In this document: one piece after another, positions 1 to 13,444 of the stretch
Numbering within the stretch: the first letter of the stretch is position 1
Layout: each line of letters begins with the position of its first letter
Source of the DNA: Catajapyx aquilonaris
Lineage: Eukaryota
DNA: 64,000 nt
Assembly (NCBI GenBank): GCA_000934665.2
Contig: KZ538042.1
Span: forward strand, 1 to 64,000
Direction: 5' to 3'
Translations under genes and position numbers: made by a program
Notes under the pieces: model-generated
What the model saw: the letters and a program-made list of their open reading frames with translations, nothing else
The model's database searches: none
What the model was told of the DNA's origin: nothing

Positions 1-149
1 TTGCTGGGTTGTCCGCGTCACTCACTCGATTTGTAAACAGTGGCAACAATGGAAGCGCTCTCCATGGGCTGATGTTTGAATTGGCCCGCCGGACAGGGTT
101 GCCAGGTAACGCCGCCGCCGCCGGAAAAAAACATTCAGCGACGGCTATT

Positions 150-530
150 ATGTCCAGCACTGTACTACCAGTGCCAACATTGGTAGTGGTACCTAGCAGT
201 TGTAACAGTAAGTAGCAGAGTAGCAGTTGCTGCTAGTTACTGCTAACTTAAGCAGTACCAATGTTGGCACTGGTAGGTCTACTGCTAAGTTAGCAGTAAC
301 TAGCAGTGGGACGAAAACTGTAGTGTGAAACCTACTCGAGCACGGAGAGAACAGAGACCCAGACAACAACACTCGTGTGGACTCTGCTTTTATCCTAGCT
401 CGCAGTTACTCCAAGCTTCACCTAAAGTTAAATGGCGGAATTTTCGTCCCACTGCTATCTATTACTAACTTAGCAGTGCCAGTGTTGGTAATGGTACTGC
501 TAAGTTAGCAGTGGGACGAAAATTCAACCC
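150..530. repeat. Degenerate foldback/tandem repeat cluster built from GCTAAGTTAGCAGT-like units
   Basis: ACCAGTGCCAACATTGGTA (~167) is inverted at ~256. TAGCAGTGGGACGAAAA (~301, ~508) is inverted at ~441. Confidence 0.6.
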
Positions 531-922
531 AAAGTTGGTATAGATGTCGTTAACGGTCGGTTAGAAGTCAGCTCATCACTATAGCAGTTTTTAAAAAGCG
601 GTTATTAAAGCCAAAGTAGCGGCTACTTGTTGATGCCTCTGCGACGTTGCCAGATCGACTGCAGTATCCGACAATTCTAAAAATTGAGCATAGAATTTGT
701 TCCTTAAAAAAAACCGTGTTGTTTTTGCGCGAGGTTCATATATCTCTGCCCAACCATTCATAGCTGGTTGTACAGGCAGGCAATGACGTGTATGTGAAGC
801 AAGATGGCCGTGTTTTACTGGTTCATTCCGCGTATTTACTGTGCAAAGAGGGCCTCGTTGTGGAGCCCATTTGTACCGGTTCAATTTGGGGGGAGGACCC
901 ACCCCATGTTTTTTGGCAATTT

Positions 923-924
<2 letters not shown>

Positions 925-957
<33 letters not shown>
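925..957. repeat. (GA)n microsatellite
   Basis: Pure AG dinucleotide run. Confidence 0.95.
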
Positions 958-958
<1 letters not shown>

Positions 959-1479
959 CTGCAAGCAGCAGTCTTACGATCCGGCTATAATTTGGCCAGG
1001 CAGTTTTGCAGGTGTTGGCAAAGTGTCGTTTGCTCGCAACTTTTGGATCCGATTTTTTTCCTGTTTGTTGCACCACCTCATCTTTTTTTTTTTTTTTCAG
1101 GAGGCCATTTCGCCAACAATCGAATATTGTTGAGGGGGGTAGAAGGTGTGGGGGAAAAGTTTTTAGTGCTGCGTCGGATTGGGCTATCAGCAGGCCGTAA
1201 AAAATGCTTTACGCCCGCATATTACGGCGCGCCGCTACTCTTCTGTTTATGTTGACGCGCTTTAATTTGACAAATATTGACCCCGTCGGGCCTTCAAATT
1301 GTTGCATAATTACCCATAAAGCTTCGGCACCTGGACCTGACGCCTGGGGCGCCACCTTCGCGCCTCACGGACGCCATCTGTCAGCTAGATTGGTGTCGCA
1401 GCAACCAAATGAACATGGACCCGGTTCCAGACCGGGTCCACTTTCCGTGTGTGAATGAGACCAACCAAAGTGGCTCTTC

Positions 1480-2010
1480 CTGTCAAAATATGTTGATATG
1501 GCCCGCTTTCGATAGGAAGCTACAATAAAGCAGAGGGCCTACTTGGGGCATCTCAACACACGTTTAATTTTGAAGCGCTTTATCACAAGGTATACGGCAG
1601 CAATGGAGCGCTGTACAGTGTGGGACATTAATCGAGGCATACTGCTAGTGACATTTTCCGAAGCGGCAGAAGAAGGAATCGAAGATAAGGATACTGCAAG
1701 CCGGGCGAGCAAGATTACTTCTTCTGCCGCTTCGGAAAATGTCGCTAGCAGTATGCCTCGATTAATGTCCAACACTGTACCTTGCACTCCTTCCTGAAGC
1801 GCTTTTAACTGTGCCATGCCACGTTCGTAGCGTTTCCTTTCAAAACGTGTTGTATGGCCCTCTTTCGGTATAGGGAGTTACATGGCAGCAGATTAACTCG
1901 CTTCAAACCGAGTCAACAGAGCGAGGCATCTCAACACGCTTTATCACGAGTTACACTGCAGCAATGGAACGCTCTTTCCTGGAGCGTTTTTAACTGTTGC
2001 CATGCAATAA
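1480..2010. repeat. Two tandem copies of interspersed repeat family J; the first copy is interrupted by a MITE
   Basis: TCAAAA..GTTGATATGGCCCGCTTTCG...GCATCTCAACAC...GCAGCAATGGA...TTTTAACTG..GCCATGC occurs at ~1483 and ~1840; related sequence at ~20000-20290. Confidence 0.65.
1616..1777. mobile_element. Tc1/mariner-type MITE, family I, copy 1
   Basis: TA|CAGTG...CACTG|TA ends with long near-perfect inverted arms; homologous copy at 27759. Confidence 0.85.
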
Positions 2011-4192
2011 TACACCTCTTTGCCTTTGTGTGCTTTACCTGGCAGTACAGGTCGGTACAAGATTCACTTTTCGGGACTCTGCAAGTGTGGGCCCAATCTC
2101 TTCCCCTCCTCTTTCCCCCCAAATTGCGAGGCCCCCGTTTTGGGCATTCCTTCCGGGTGCTGGGTCCCGAATCCGGGGCCAATCATGGGCCATTTTGGGT
2201 CGCCATAAAGTGACCCCGCCCCGGTCCCCAATTGTCATTCCGGAGGTGTGAAATCGGACCAAGTCGACGCTTATGAGGGTGGGGGCCAGAGGGCAGCAGG
2301 AGAGAGAGGGGGTGGGGGGGATGAAAAGAAGAAAAAAAGGACCACCTCTTCTCTCCCCCCTCCAAAAAAAGAGAGAAAAAGCCGTCGTGGATCCGCTCGA
2401 TTTCCCGCTTTATACCCACAAACATGGGCGACCACAAGTCGCCCAATGACGGGTTTTTGAACTCTGTAATTCTCCCTTGTGAGAGTGTGTTCCTCTAGCT
2501 TTTTTATTATTTCTTTTTTTTATATTCCCAAACTGAAAAAGCTCTTTGAAAAGGCATTTACATTTGAATAAAGAGTGAGAAACGGGCCATAATTTAACCC
2601 CAGAGATGAAAACATGGTGCACTAAAATTTACGTCCGGCCATTAAGCAAAAAAATAAGGAAGTTGACAATCATGGTGAATTGTGCGATGCGGTTATGAAT
2701 TATGTATTTATGACCCTGCGGGTTTAGAGTGGGGGAAAGGGAGGTGGAGTGGTTGGAGGGGGAGAGGAAAGTGTTACCACACTTTTATACATGTGTACAG
2801 TGTGTCGTGCCAGGGGTTGGTCACGCCAATTTTCGAATCAAAGAGGACGCCCTCCAGGAAGAAGAAAAGATGGCAATAAGACGAATCGATGGGAATGGGA
2901 TAGGAATGATGATGATAGCAAAGAGAATGGGAAAAGGAACAATAAGGGATAAGAATGGGGAAAAGAGTAGCAATAGTATCACACGAATGGATGTGACTAG
3001 TTAAGGATACAAAAAGTAAGAAAAAATGAGGGTTGTCAGCACAGGCCAGCGAACGTTGTTGTGGCTTTGCCCACCACGATGAATATGTCACGGGGGCGAA
3101 TACTCCGGGGCGAAACGGCGGGGGCGAAATGTCCGAGACCCCCGTTTTCCACCGCAGACCTGAAATGATAGGCTGGAATGGAGTAAGTGCGAGTAAATGT
3201 GACAAAAATTTTGGCACGTGCCATTGGCTGATGGAGGATTCTGTGACCCACCACTGGACACCTGTACCCTCTATATTGACTCTATTTATTTCCCCTCCCA
3301 AAAAACATGACCCAAATTGCCCCCCGACTCCATAACCTCTCACACTTGAAAATACAGCGTCTAGTGTTGTCATGCTGCACTTCATCCCCCCCTCCCCCCC
3401 CCCTCTCATAATTGCGACATAACAATCGAGCTGTCAAAGCGCGTTGACACTGGAAAACCAGTCAGATCCACAATCAGTGGCGCAGGCATTTTGACAGAGA
3501 CGCCCTGCTGCTGCATGGAAGCCCCGAAAGTAAAGAGGCATATACACAAGCCCCCTGCGTATATGCACGGTTTGACACCCCCCCTCCTTGCCTATGATAT
3601 AAATGATACTGTAATTAATTAACGCTGCACCGTCGTCGTGGGCTTGGTCGGATGGTTTGAACAGGCTGCGACGCCGATAATTATTCCGTTTGTCGCTGCT
3701 TACAGACCCAACTTGCTCTCCTTTGTCTACTACACTTGCCTGCACTGCTTTGGTGCTAACAGCTCCCTCCTTCAATCTGGTATCAAAACTGATGGAAGTG
3801 GACCCATTCCCTTGCCTATAGCTCGTCTATTCAACGCAACAGACATTTGGATGCATAATTGGATCAAACTGCGAAAAAAAGGGGAGCGCACTTGGACACC
3901 TGAGCGACACCTGGTGGTTTACAGTGCACTGCAAGCCGTCGGAATGGAAACAATCCAATCAGAAGCTGCACACGAAAAATTATCCCATATTTACGCAAAT
4001 GAGCGGCTGTCTCTGATTTTGCCATGTCCAATTAGTAGAAGCCATTTTTAACCTGTTTATCCCAGTCAGCACCCGCCTCTGAAATTTTCTAAATTTTAAC
4101 TAATGCGCGACACTGTTTCCTTAATGATTTTATCCCTGGTTTTTAGCCAATCAGAAGGTTACTGTGAAACTTCGGCCAATCAGAACCCCTGA

Positions 4193-4619
4193 TTTTAGAC
4201 TTTTGATAGAATCGAAACAAGTGTTATAGAATGGCTCTGTCCGGATGTCTGTGGACAGGTATCAGAGCCTAAACCGCAAGAGATAGCGACAAACGGTTTT
4301 CGGATTCGTATTAAGCGTAACCAATATAAGTATTAAGCGTGACCATTTGTAGGTGTTACGCGTAACCAAAATAGGTTTCATGGCCGACATCCGGTGGCCG
4401 GCCACTTCCGGTTTTCTGGGTACACTGTATCCGCCAAGTAACAGGCCAGGTAACAGTATAAATTGGGTTCCTTGGCAACGAGTAGTGAGACTGACAACAA
4501 TCAATGTCGTTGTTGTCCAACTAAAATCGCATCGTGTCGTGTCGTATCTGTTTTGTCAGCCGTAATTCCCGCTCCTCAATGAGAAAAGTCTACTCGAATC
4601 ACACTCGCCAATCTTGTTC
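4193..4619 (+). mobile_element. DINE-1/HINE-like non-autonomous Helentron, family D, copy 1
   Basis: 5' TAGACTTTT, GTCY-type microsatellite, conserved core AAACCGCAAGAGATAGC..AAACGGTTTTCGGATTC, 3' AAAAGTCTA subterminal IR and CTTGTT end; five copies in the window. Confidence 0.75.
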
Positions 4620-4727
4620 TAAAAATTCGGTCGAATATGAATCAAAATTTATGCCAAATCACAACTGGTGATTCTTCCAAATAGAATTGGAGGATCCGAG
4701 GCAACTTGGGCCACGATATACAGTGAA

Positions 4728-4981
4728 TCTTAGACATATAAAGCAAAAGGTTATTTGATGGTATGTATGTCCGGGCTACCTATCCCACTTACGGAGTACT
4801 GAGAGAGCTGAAACTTGGCACACTGACGTCTTACGTGGCACCGCTGATTCCGGGAAAAGTAAGAAACCGCAATATTTTGACTCGAAATACCCGAAATTTA
4901 GGATTATTTGTTTTTAAATAATATTTGGTGTCTCATATTTTATTTATCAAATCACCGTGCGAAGAACGGGTTCCCTGCTAG
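4728..4981 (+). mobile_element. Non-autonomous Helitron, family F, copy 1
   Basis: A|TC 5' end (TCTTAGACATATAAAGC), 3' hairpin CCGTGCGAAGAACGG and CTAG|T end, no TSD; homologues at 44859 and 60180. Confidence 0.85.
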
Positions 4982-5869
4982 TGGAAGATAAGCTGGAGCA
5001 GAAAAGTGGTAAACAAGTTGCTCCGGGTTATGTCTTTTCCCCCCTCCTTGTGATGAATCCAGGGCTCCCCCAGGAGGGGTGGGTAGAGGCTTACAATTTA
5101 GCTTTGATCGCATGTCGAGAAAACGGGGAGGAGGAGGGGGAAGGAGGGTGAGTTTGGCAGATATGCTGCCATTAAGTGGCAAGAGATTGGATGAGATGCG
5201 GCGTTAAAGCGAGCTTGATTCGCCGACGCTTTTTGGCCGCACGCAAAATCCGGGCTACATCCTTCCTGCCAAAGCCATCTGCGGGGAGGGAGGAGGGGGT
5301 GGAGGGGGATGAAAAAGAGCCTGGGGGTGTGGGAAAAAGGGGGGGGGAGGTTTGGGTTGGGGTAGGGGCACTGCAGTGTGTGAGGACGAAATAAAATGAG
5401 AGATCGATAGCCTCGACTCAGACACCAAAAAGACCCAGCTTCTACCGAGAGGCATTCTCTGTGTCCCCCCCCCTCCCCCTCCCCCACCTTCACCCGGTGC
5501 CACCCACTCCGGATTTTTGCTCCATGCCAAAAGTTTCCAGAATTTGCCGCGGGGAGGCCTAAACAGCCAAGGGTTTTGTCGCGTTCGGATTTTTGCAAGG
5601 GGGGGGGGGGACCCAATTTAAGGGGGGCTGGGAGCGGAGAAAATTTTTGCGTAAACAGGGGTAGTGCCCCAGACGAGGAGTTTCCCAGGCTGTGTTTTTT
5701 TTGCCACCGGTTTTTTTTTAGCTTAAGAGCCTGAGGAAAAGGGGTGTGAATCTGCGAGATGACGTGGGGAGGATTAGGCTAGGCCTAGTCGGACGCCATG
5801 TTTGGGACCCGTGGGGAAATGCTGCCTAGTGTATAGCCTACACTGTGAATCAGGCTCAGAAAAGGAGAG

Positions 5870-6239
5870 AAACAAGATTGGCAAATCACGTGAACGTGAT
5901 TCGAGTAGACTTTTTCTCATTGCCAGGGAAATTCAACTGGGACAACAACGACATTCGAGTAGACGTTTTATCATTGCCAAGGAAATTCAAATGGGACAAC
6001 AACGATATAGAATGTCAGTTTTCCGCGGTTTCCTGCCTGTAGATTTGACTTTGGCGGTTAAGAGTGAACCCGGAACACCGGAAGTTGACCATGAAACCTA
6101 TTTAGGGTCAGCTGAATCCGAATTCGAAAACCGTTCGTCGCGATCTCTTGCGGTTGAGGCTCTGATACCAGTTCACGGACGGACAGACGGACAATAGGCG
6201 TTTTCTGTAAGACTTTTCATGATAAGAAAGGTATAAAAA
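5870..6239 (-). mobile_element. DINE-1/HINE-like family D, copy 2
   Basis: Minus strand starts TTTTTATACC (DINE-1-like), has GTCCGTCTGTCCGT and the same core, and ends with hairpin AATCACG..CGTGATT and CTTGTT. Confidence 0.75.
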
Positions 6240-7057
6240 TGAAGATCTTGGCCCATGCCTTCATCGCTACAGTTATCGCGACTTCAAGATTGGGCTGCCA
6301 TAAAAGGAACTGACGTTAGCTGCTAACGGCTAGTTAGTTGATCGGAATTTGTCGGAAGTGGTTAACCGGCCGTCGACCGGTCAGTTAATCTTCCAGGAGG
6401 CGGCTAGTGAGAGGGGAAGGGGTGGGGGGCTAAAAAATTAAAATGCTAGAATTTTCCGGCTTATCTCTCTCTCGTTGTTGTAGCGGGCATTAAGGCTCAT
6501 TAGGGGTGAGTTAAGCGGGTATTATCTGACGTTTGTGGGGGGACAGGGTTACGGCTTGTTTAACATCACCTGGACTCGAGTGGTTTTTTTTCCCTATCCT
6601 TTTTTCTTCCCCCTCCCCCCCCCCCTCTCCCTCCTGTATAATCCGGTTAACACCTAGGCGGCCATTTTTCTTTTTGGAGTCTCCGGCAATCGTCTTATCT
6701 GTCGTGCTACCGGAACGTTATTCCTTTTTCGGCGTCCGAAAGCCACTGATGCCACATTTAACTAAAAAAAGAGAGAACCTCGCTTGCATGTCCACCTCGC
6801 TTTTATTCGCTCCAGGAAATGGATCGCAGGAGTTGGGGGGGGGGGGGAGGGTGGAACCAAGAGGTGAGAGAAAAATTAGGATAGCCAGTTAGCAGCTACG
6901 AATGTGCTACTAAACGTTGCTGTAAGAATTAGCTGCCAACATTTAATTTGTAGCCGATGAATTTTGCAAAATCTTTTTTTTCCTTCTCACCCTTACACTG
7001 CTGGCACCATAGATGGCTGGCACATTGATAAACCCGATACTCTCCCGAGTCAATTAA

Positions 7058-7347
7058 CCATGGAACCGTGCTGTGGGGTCTTTTCGGACCCCAAAGGAAT
7101 TAAAATGCATTAATATTACAATTGCAATGAACTGTTTGCCGTTTAAAAAAAGTATATAACAGGAAGGGCATGTTTATTTTGAATTAGCGATCATTTTAGG
7201 CATTGTTCAAAGAATGATTGTATATAGTCAATACATTGAAAAGTATTATATAATAATTAATAAAAATTAAAATAAGGCGAGGGTTCCTAAAAGACCCCAC
7301 GGCAGTGTTGCCGTGACTTTCAGGCACGGCACGGTTTTTTTGTCGGA
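7058..7347. mobile_element. Possible piggyBac-like MITE
   Basis: Flanked by TTAA on both sides. AACCGTGC/GCACGGTT inverted ends, subterminal GGGGTC..GACCCC palindromes and an AT-rich interior. Confidence 0.4.
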
Positions 7348-8606
7348 TTAATTTTTTAAATTTTAGAAAAAGAACCTGTCAGAAATAAGCACATTGCCTG
7401 TTTTTAGCTATACCAAATTGTTTTAGCAGCTAATGCCAATTTTCTTATTAGCTGCTAAATTATCAGATGATAGCAACGCATTCTAAATTTAAACTTAACT
7501 ACGTTTGTACGTAGCTCCTCAATTTAGTACATCTGCTGATTTGTGATTTTGAATGACTTGGTTGAAGTTCGTATGTTTTGCATAATTTTATATTAATATG
7601 TATCATTAATTTGAAGGCGAGTTGACTACCTCCATTCTGAGGGAAAATATATTAGTCCGCAATAATTATTGTTATTCATTAGTTTCTGTAACTAATTTGC
7701 GACTTTTAAAAGCAGAATAGAGCACTCTGTCCCATCAGTCCGGCGTTGCCAGATTGACGGAAACGGCTTCTCGCATGTCCAGAGCCATTTTGATCCCGTT
7801 TCATTTTCTTGTAGGAAATCACTCGCAGGATTGAAAAGCGTAGGATGTGGTTGGGGGGGGGGGGAGAGAGAGAGAGAGAGTAAAGTATTGGGGCGGGGGT
7901 GAAAACGGCCATGCCGTGCGAGGGGAGGGAGAGAGATAATAACGACTTCATTTAGTCCCAATCTGAACCCATCTGCGTACATATACTGGGGGAGGGGGAG
8001 TGGGTCCCAGTTCCTAACATTTGACACCCCCTATAAATCACTTTCCCCCCCAGTCCCTGGAGCAAGCCAAAGCGAACCTAACCCAAAAGTTGAGCCTTCC
8101 TAACCAGTTTATCGGGAAACGGATGCGAAATTATTATCGCCTCGGACAATTCGGTTATGAGAGGGAGGGGGGAATGGAGGAGGTTTTCCTCATTTTCCTC
8201 CCGGGTTAATTACCCTCCCTCCCCCTCCCCTCCAAACATAATCTCCTCCCCTGCTGTCGTCGTGGATAAAACACTCCGGATTTAGACTTCAGAGACAGCG
8301 ATGGTAAGGGAGGTGGGGAGCGGAGGGAGGGGATTAATCCGGGGAGGGTTAGTTACGGATTTTTGGGGGATCATGTCGAGACGCTTGTCCTCGCTTGCAC
8401 CTTCCTGGAGCATTACCGGAGCCTTTTTTTCCCTGAGCGTCATTACCGCTGAGTAATTAAACATCCGGTGCTACCTTGTCCCATGCTGACAGCTTGCAGG
8501 GAACCCGAGAAAGCATGACCCTAAATAACTCCATGCACTAGCCTGTGCCCAGAATCTTGTGTAGAATTGGCTAGACGAGACTCTGCCACTTGGCTCTAAC
8601 TTGTCA

Positions 8607-8830
8607 ACACTGCCCAGCCCGCTTCTCACTTGGACGTATATGCCACTACCAGGTGGCGCAGAGGCACAGGACTGCCGCTCTCATGCGGAAAGCAGCACCA
8701 CATGCACGTTGGTGATGAGTCATTGACTCATGCCTCATCACCAACGTGCATGAGAGCGGCAGTAGTGTGCATATGCGCCACCTGGTAGTGGCATATACAT
8801 CCAAGTGAGAAGCGGGCAGGGCAGTGTTGC
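8607..8830. mobile_element. Palindromic element, family E
   Basis: ~110-bp inverted arms (CACTTGGACGTATATGCCACTACCAGGTGGCGCA...CATGCACGTTGGTGATGAG and its reverse complement); related segments at ~12535, 30090, 32770, 38996 and 42217. Confidence 0.75.
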
Positions 8831-10489
8831 CAGATTTTGGTACCCACTCGAGCCCCGCACTCGCAGATGTGAAGCTGTACAGTACATTCACACCCAGTAA
8901 TGTGCCCTCCAGTCCCTCGAATGTGCTCGCTCGTCACGCTTGAAAAGTTTGTGGAAACACGCGCTTTAAAAAGTTTTCTATGAATAATTGACCAGGCCGA
9001 CCATTTTTATGTTGTAACAAATGTAGATAGCGAGTTTTTAAAAACCGGGTTAATTTTGATACGGGGACCTGGGTTGGAGGGAGGCCGAGAGGAGCTTGTG
9101 GAGGGGACTGAGGATCGATCCCCCGGTTGGTGTGTGCTGCTGGGGGCTGTGCACCAGGGGAGGGGGTCTCCGGCCCCTGGATGAAATATACAAGGGTGAG
9201 CCAAGTTCGCCAACCCTCCCCCCCCCAAAAACTGCCAAAATTTATTGGCGACTCCAAACCTGGAACCAGCCTTGGACACGGTTGGCCTCTCGGGTTTTCA
9301 AGTTGAAGGCCCTCTTTACTTATTTCAATTCGAGTCCGAGTCGATTTTAAAGTCGATAGTTGCTGAATGGCATGGCCTTCAATGGGCAGATCTAAAGATA
9401 TAGTGTGGTTTTGTGGTGTCGGAAGTGACGGCAGTCGTTTTGTGTGAATGGGAGTTCTGGTGGAATCAGGTGCTTGGGAAGGTGTAGTGGCGTTTAGTAC
9501 AGTGCTTCAGCCTCCCTTCTCCTTGGCCAAAGAGCCCGGAAACTCGCTTGCTCACAGGGTGTATTGCAATGAATGCGGCGGCAGCTGAGAGGGGGACAAT
9601 GCAGCAGATTTTATCTAATTTTTTTCAAACATGTTCGGTTATGCCTACGGGGTCAGGTGTACGTGTATATGCCAGGGCTTGCCATGTGTGTTCACCATAT
9701 ACTGTACACACATGTATTGATCCGGAGTATGTGACTTACAGTGACGGGGACCAGGGGGTTCAAACTGCACTGTCAAATGCCGGCTTTTCATTTCCCTCAG
9801 GGGGTTACTCATATCTGTCGGTTTCTATGGATTCAACTGGTATCATTCTCTGGCAGGTGTGCCGCACCTTCGTCGCCAAAGTGCTGGTGCGGCATATTCT
9901 GTCGAGATGATTTTGTCTGAGGCTGTGCATCTGAAGCGCAATTAGGCCCCGTCGATTGCGAGGCATTGAGTGGCTGGCGTTGTTGTTATGTAAGGTGAGT
10001 TTGGGTACCGGAATAGGAGGGCTTATTACGCGTGAATCATCATCCCGAGGAGACGAGACGGAGACAAAGGGGCGGCCACTGTGCGGGGGCATTGGGACGG
10101 GGCATGGAACCGCGGCTAATTAATGCCTTCACCTGCTATCCCATCGATTAAGCCGTCTTGGTTTCAACTCAATCAGCAGCCCAGCCTCGTGCTTCGGGTA
10201 TCTCCAGCTATACAATGGGCGCAATCCACGCACCAGGAAAGGCATTCCTCTCGCGATGGACCCCTTGTAAAAACCCACCTGCGAGCCGCTGCCTTTTCGG
10301 CTGGGCCTCCCGGAAATGAGCCAATCACTAGCCACGCATATTATTCAGACTGATTGACCCCCATCGATCCGCCTAGAGGAAGTAGTCTGCCTCACGCCAC
10401 TAGGTTATTATACTGACCCACAAGTCCCGCCAGTTCTTGTGGTCTTACTCATATCGAAAGGACATGTCGCGCTGACGAGTGCTAGAACC

Positions 10490-10590
10490 TAGCAGTATGG
10501 CAGTGACAGTCAAACGACTTTAATGAGATGGCCTGCCGATTTACCACGTAGTCTTATTCTTCGCGCATAGATGGCGTATGCACACTCATG
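10490..10590. repeat. Interspersed repeat family L fragment
   Basis: GACAGTCAAACGACTTTAATGAGATGGCCTGCCGATTTACCA...TCTTCGCGCATAGATGGCG; reverse-complement copy at ~46250-46350. Confidence 0.65.
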
Positions 10591-12195
10591 CCACCCTCGG
10601 GTGGGACAAACATCCGACGGAGAGAAAAAGCCTTTGAGTAGAGTACGGGTATTAGCAGATTTCCTCAATGTTCTATGATGAGCACTGCCACCAGATATAG
10701 GCTGGGTTATAGCCCATGATCCAATGGTGGACAGCGTACGTATATTCAGTTATATATAGGGAAGGGTGAGACGATGGCCTCCAGTGGAAAAGGGACAGGA
10801 TGACAAAGCGAAGACGTCGAGTCGAGCTTACAGCCTTGTCTAGGGAGTTTTGTTCCGCCGAGACGATTCTCCCCTAGCAAGAACTCGGAATAGGACGGAC
10901 GGGTGGTATTGGAAATGCATCGCCGCTTCTCTGCCACCAGAAGATACTTTTTGCCTCTCGGAGTAATCCCCCATGCCATGCACCGCGCTGCAAGAAAAAA
11001 AGAAGTCACAAAGTTGCTCAGACAGGCGGCCATTTCTTCACAAACTGACATCAACGTGACGGACCGTGACATTCAAATTGAAAGTTCATCTCTTTAAAAC
11101 TGGTTGAGCACCGTTTGTGTCAAAACATCTTTCTGTGTGTAGACGCATGGGAGTATACGATCTTTGCACAGGCTGGGGAATCTTGAAGGATCGCAGGGTG
11201 TCAGCTGATCGGAGGTCCGGCCATGTTTCATCCTGGGCAAAGGTTTGCTTTCTCGCACCTTCTCCCTTGTGAGTCACTTGGGCATGAATCCGAGGGCCTC
11301 CCTTGGCATTAAATCATTTCGGCAGGTGCAATTTTCTCAACGGGATAGCCAACCTGAAGGACCTCCCCCCCTGCCATTCCCCCCCTCTTTTTTCCAAAAA
11401 AGAAAGAAAGAAAGAGAAAAAAGAGGCCTCGATTCTTTTCCAGCCCGTTGGGTCGAGCCCCGCCTTTTCATTGATGAAATTTTGATTAAATTTTAAGCCG
11501 TTCCGCCAGCTCGCCTGTTATACCCAGGCTGGTTGGTGGGGGGTGGAGGAGAAAAATATAAAGGGCGTGTCGAGGGGGAAGGGGGGTGTGTGGTGGTGGG
11601 AAAAATCTCTAAAAGCCCCACAACTCGTGTGGATATATTGAAGCCTCCAACAGTGAAGGCTTGGAAGGCCGTAAAGCTTCTACCACACCCAAGGTCCCCC
11701 CTTTTTGGAAAAGCGGTTATTAGGTTGGCCTGAAGGGGGCTTTTTTGTTGGGTATGTGTGTGTGTATGGGTGAGGATGGTTATATAACATGGCAGGGGAA
11801 GCCGCAGCCAACATTTTGGCGGCGGTGCGGTAAAGAAGCCTTTGGTCGCAAGGTAAGGTGGCGAAGGCTCGTAAATCACCCACGCCTCTCACTATTACTT
11901 ACGACACTTTAAAAAAAAAAAATTGGCTGGCAGGAGGAGCGTACGGGTACGACAAAACCTCCTCAGAAACTACGTGTTTGGGTGATATTGAATGGAGACT
12001 CTGGTTGGCCCTACTTTCCCCCCTTGTTCACTGCCAGGGAGTAGACGCTTCAAATATTTAGCACATTTAAATATAAAACGAGCAGTGATGTTTACTCGCC
12101 GCCAGTCAGCTAGCAACTGAATAGGTCCTCCTCATTGCGCAGGCGCTGAACGGGACCCAATCGGAAACATCGCCCCATAAGGCGAGCCAATCGGA

Positions 12196-12524
12196 ATTAT
12201 GCGATTCACGAGTCCTGGCCTGTTAGGCTCCTCCCCAGTCCTCCGCCCTCTGAAGGCGAGGTTGCCACGTCCGCGTCCGCGTCCGCCATGGCCTCACACG
12301 CCTGCCAGGAGGATGAGGGAGAGAACTTGGCAGCAGTGGATCGCATTGGGGGGCAACCAGGCCTGGAAATACGACGAACCACCTATCCCTTGTTGAGACC
12401 GAACCTCTCACCAATGACTCCTACTCGCGAGAATCACGAGCATTCCAAGCCTGATTTCTTTCGCCGCTGACGTTGGGAGGTGGTGGGTGGAGCCTAACAG
12501 GCCAGGACTCGTGAATCGCATAAT
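12196..12524. mobile_element. MITE with perfect 36-bp terminal inverted repeats and GC-rich interior
   Basis: ATTATGCGATTCACGAGTCCTGGCCTGTTAGGCTCC (12196-12231) is exactly inverted at 12489-12524. Confidence 0.8.
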
Positions 12525-12534
12525 AGTAGCGGGG

Positions 12535-12760
12535 ACCCGTTGCCAAATTGCTTGGCCCACCCCTCCACTTGGACGTATAGTACGATAGGCACACTACTGC
12601 CGCTCTAAGGGAGGAATTAGTACTACATGCCCGTTGGTGATGAGTCACTGCCCGGACAAAGTCCACCCGGGTGCTATACTACTGTCCTCTATTGTTGAAC
12701 GGGGAAAGCGAAATCTATGGTAACTACTACCTATCGGTGATGTTTACGGGATGGAGTCAC
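12535..12760. mobile_element. Family E fragment (uninterrupted right arm)
   Basis: CGTTGGTGATGAGTCACTGCCCGGACAAAGTCCACC..CTATACTACTGTCCT..ATTGTTGAACGGGGAAAGCG matches the host arm at 39245-40010 without its inserts. Confidence 0.7.
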
Positions 12761-13444
12761 GGATTGTGAATCATCTGCAAGAAATTATCATAATAAAATC
12801 CGGGTGCAAATTGGTTCACTAGGTGCTCTACCAGTTTTTCCACACACGTCCAGGAACATTTTTGGGAGGTCTAGTTGGGCGGAGGATGCGTTGGTAAAAT
12901 TTTTAGTCGTTTTTTCCCCCACAGTGCAGTGTGTTGAAAAGTGCAAAATAGGCTTGAAGTTGGCCCGGGCCTGCCATGCGCAAGGTCAACTCCTGGGACG
13001 GTTTTTTTGGCGTCAGGGCCAGTGTGTCTCCATGGCACCCCGAAATTATTTAGAGAGAAGGGGAGGGAGGGGGGGACCAGGCCATTGATCGGCCCCACTT
13101 TTTTTTTTAAAGAACTTGATGAAAAAAATAGAGTCGGTCATCAGATAAGCACACATATATAAGAGAGGGGGAACATGTAAGACGTAACGGGGACCAATTT
13201 TCATGGTGAATGAAAAGAGAATTCGTATGTGAAGCACGCGATTCAAGGCTGCTGCTTTGTCAATGTTACGGGCCTCGGGGCTTGGGCTGCACCCGAGCTG
13301 TTGCTTTGTCACATTACCCCCTCTGTTTACGACCTCAATTCAAGAGAGATTTAATGTAATACAAAAATAATAACAACGGTAAAGGACGGACGATATTCAG
13401 ATAATCGAGACGAAAATGTTGGAATCAGTCATTTTAGCACGTGT

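Noticed and set aside
9857..9995. Possible + strand exon (TTCTCTGGCAG ... AAG|GTGAGT)
   Set aside because: Weak pyrimidine tract and stops in all three frames; it cannot be supported without RNA data.
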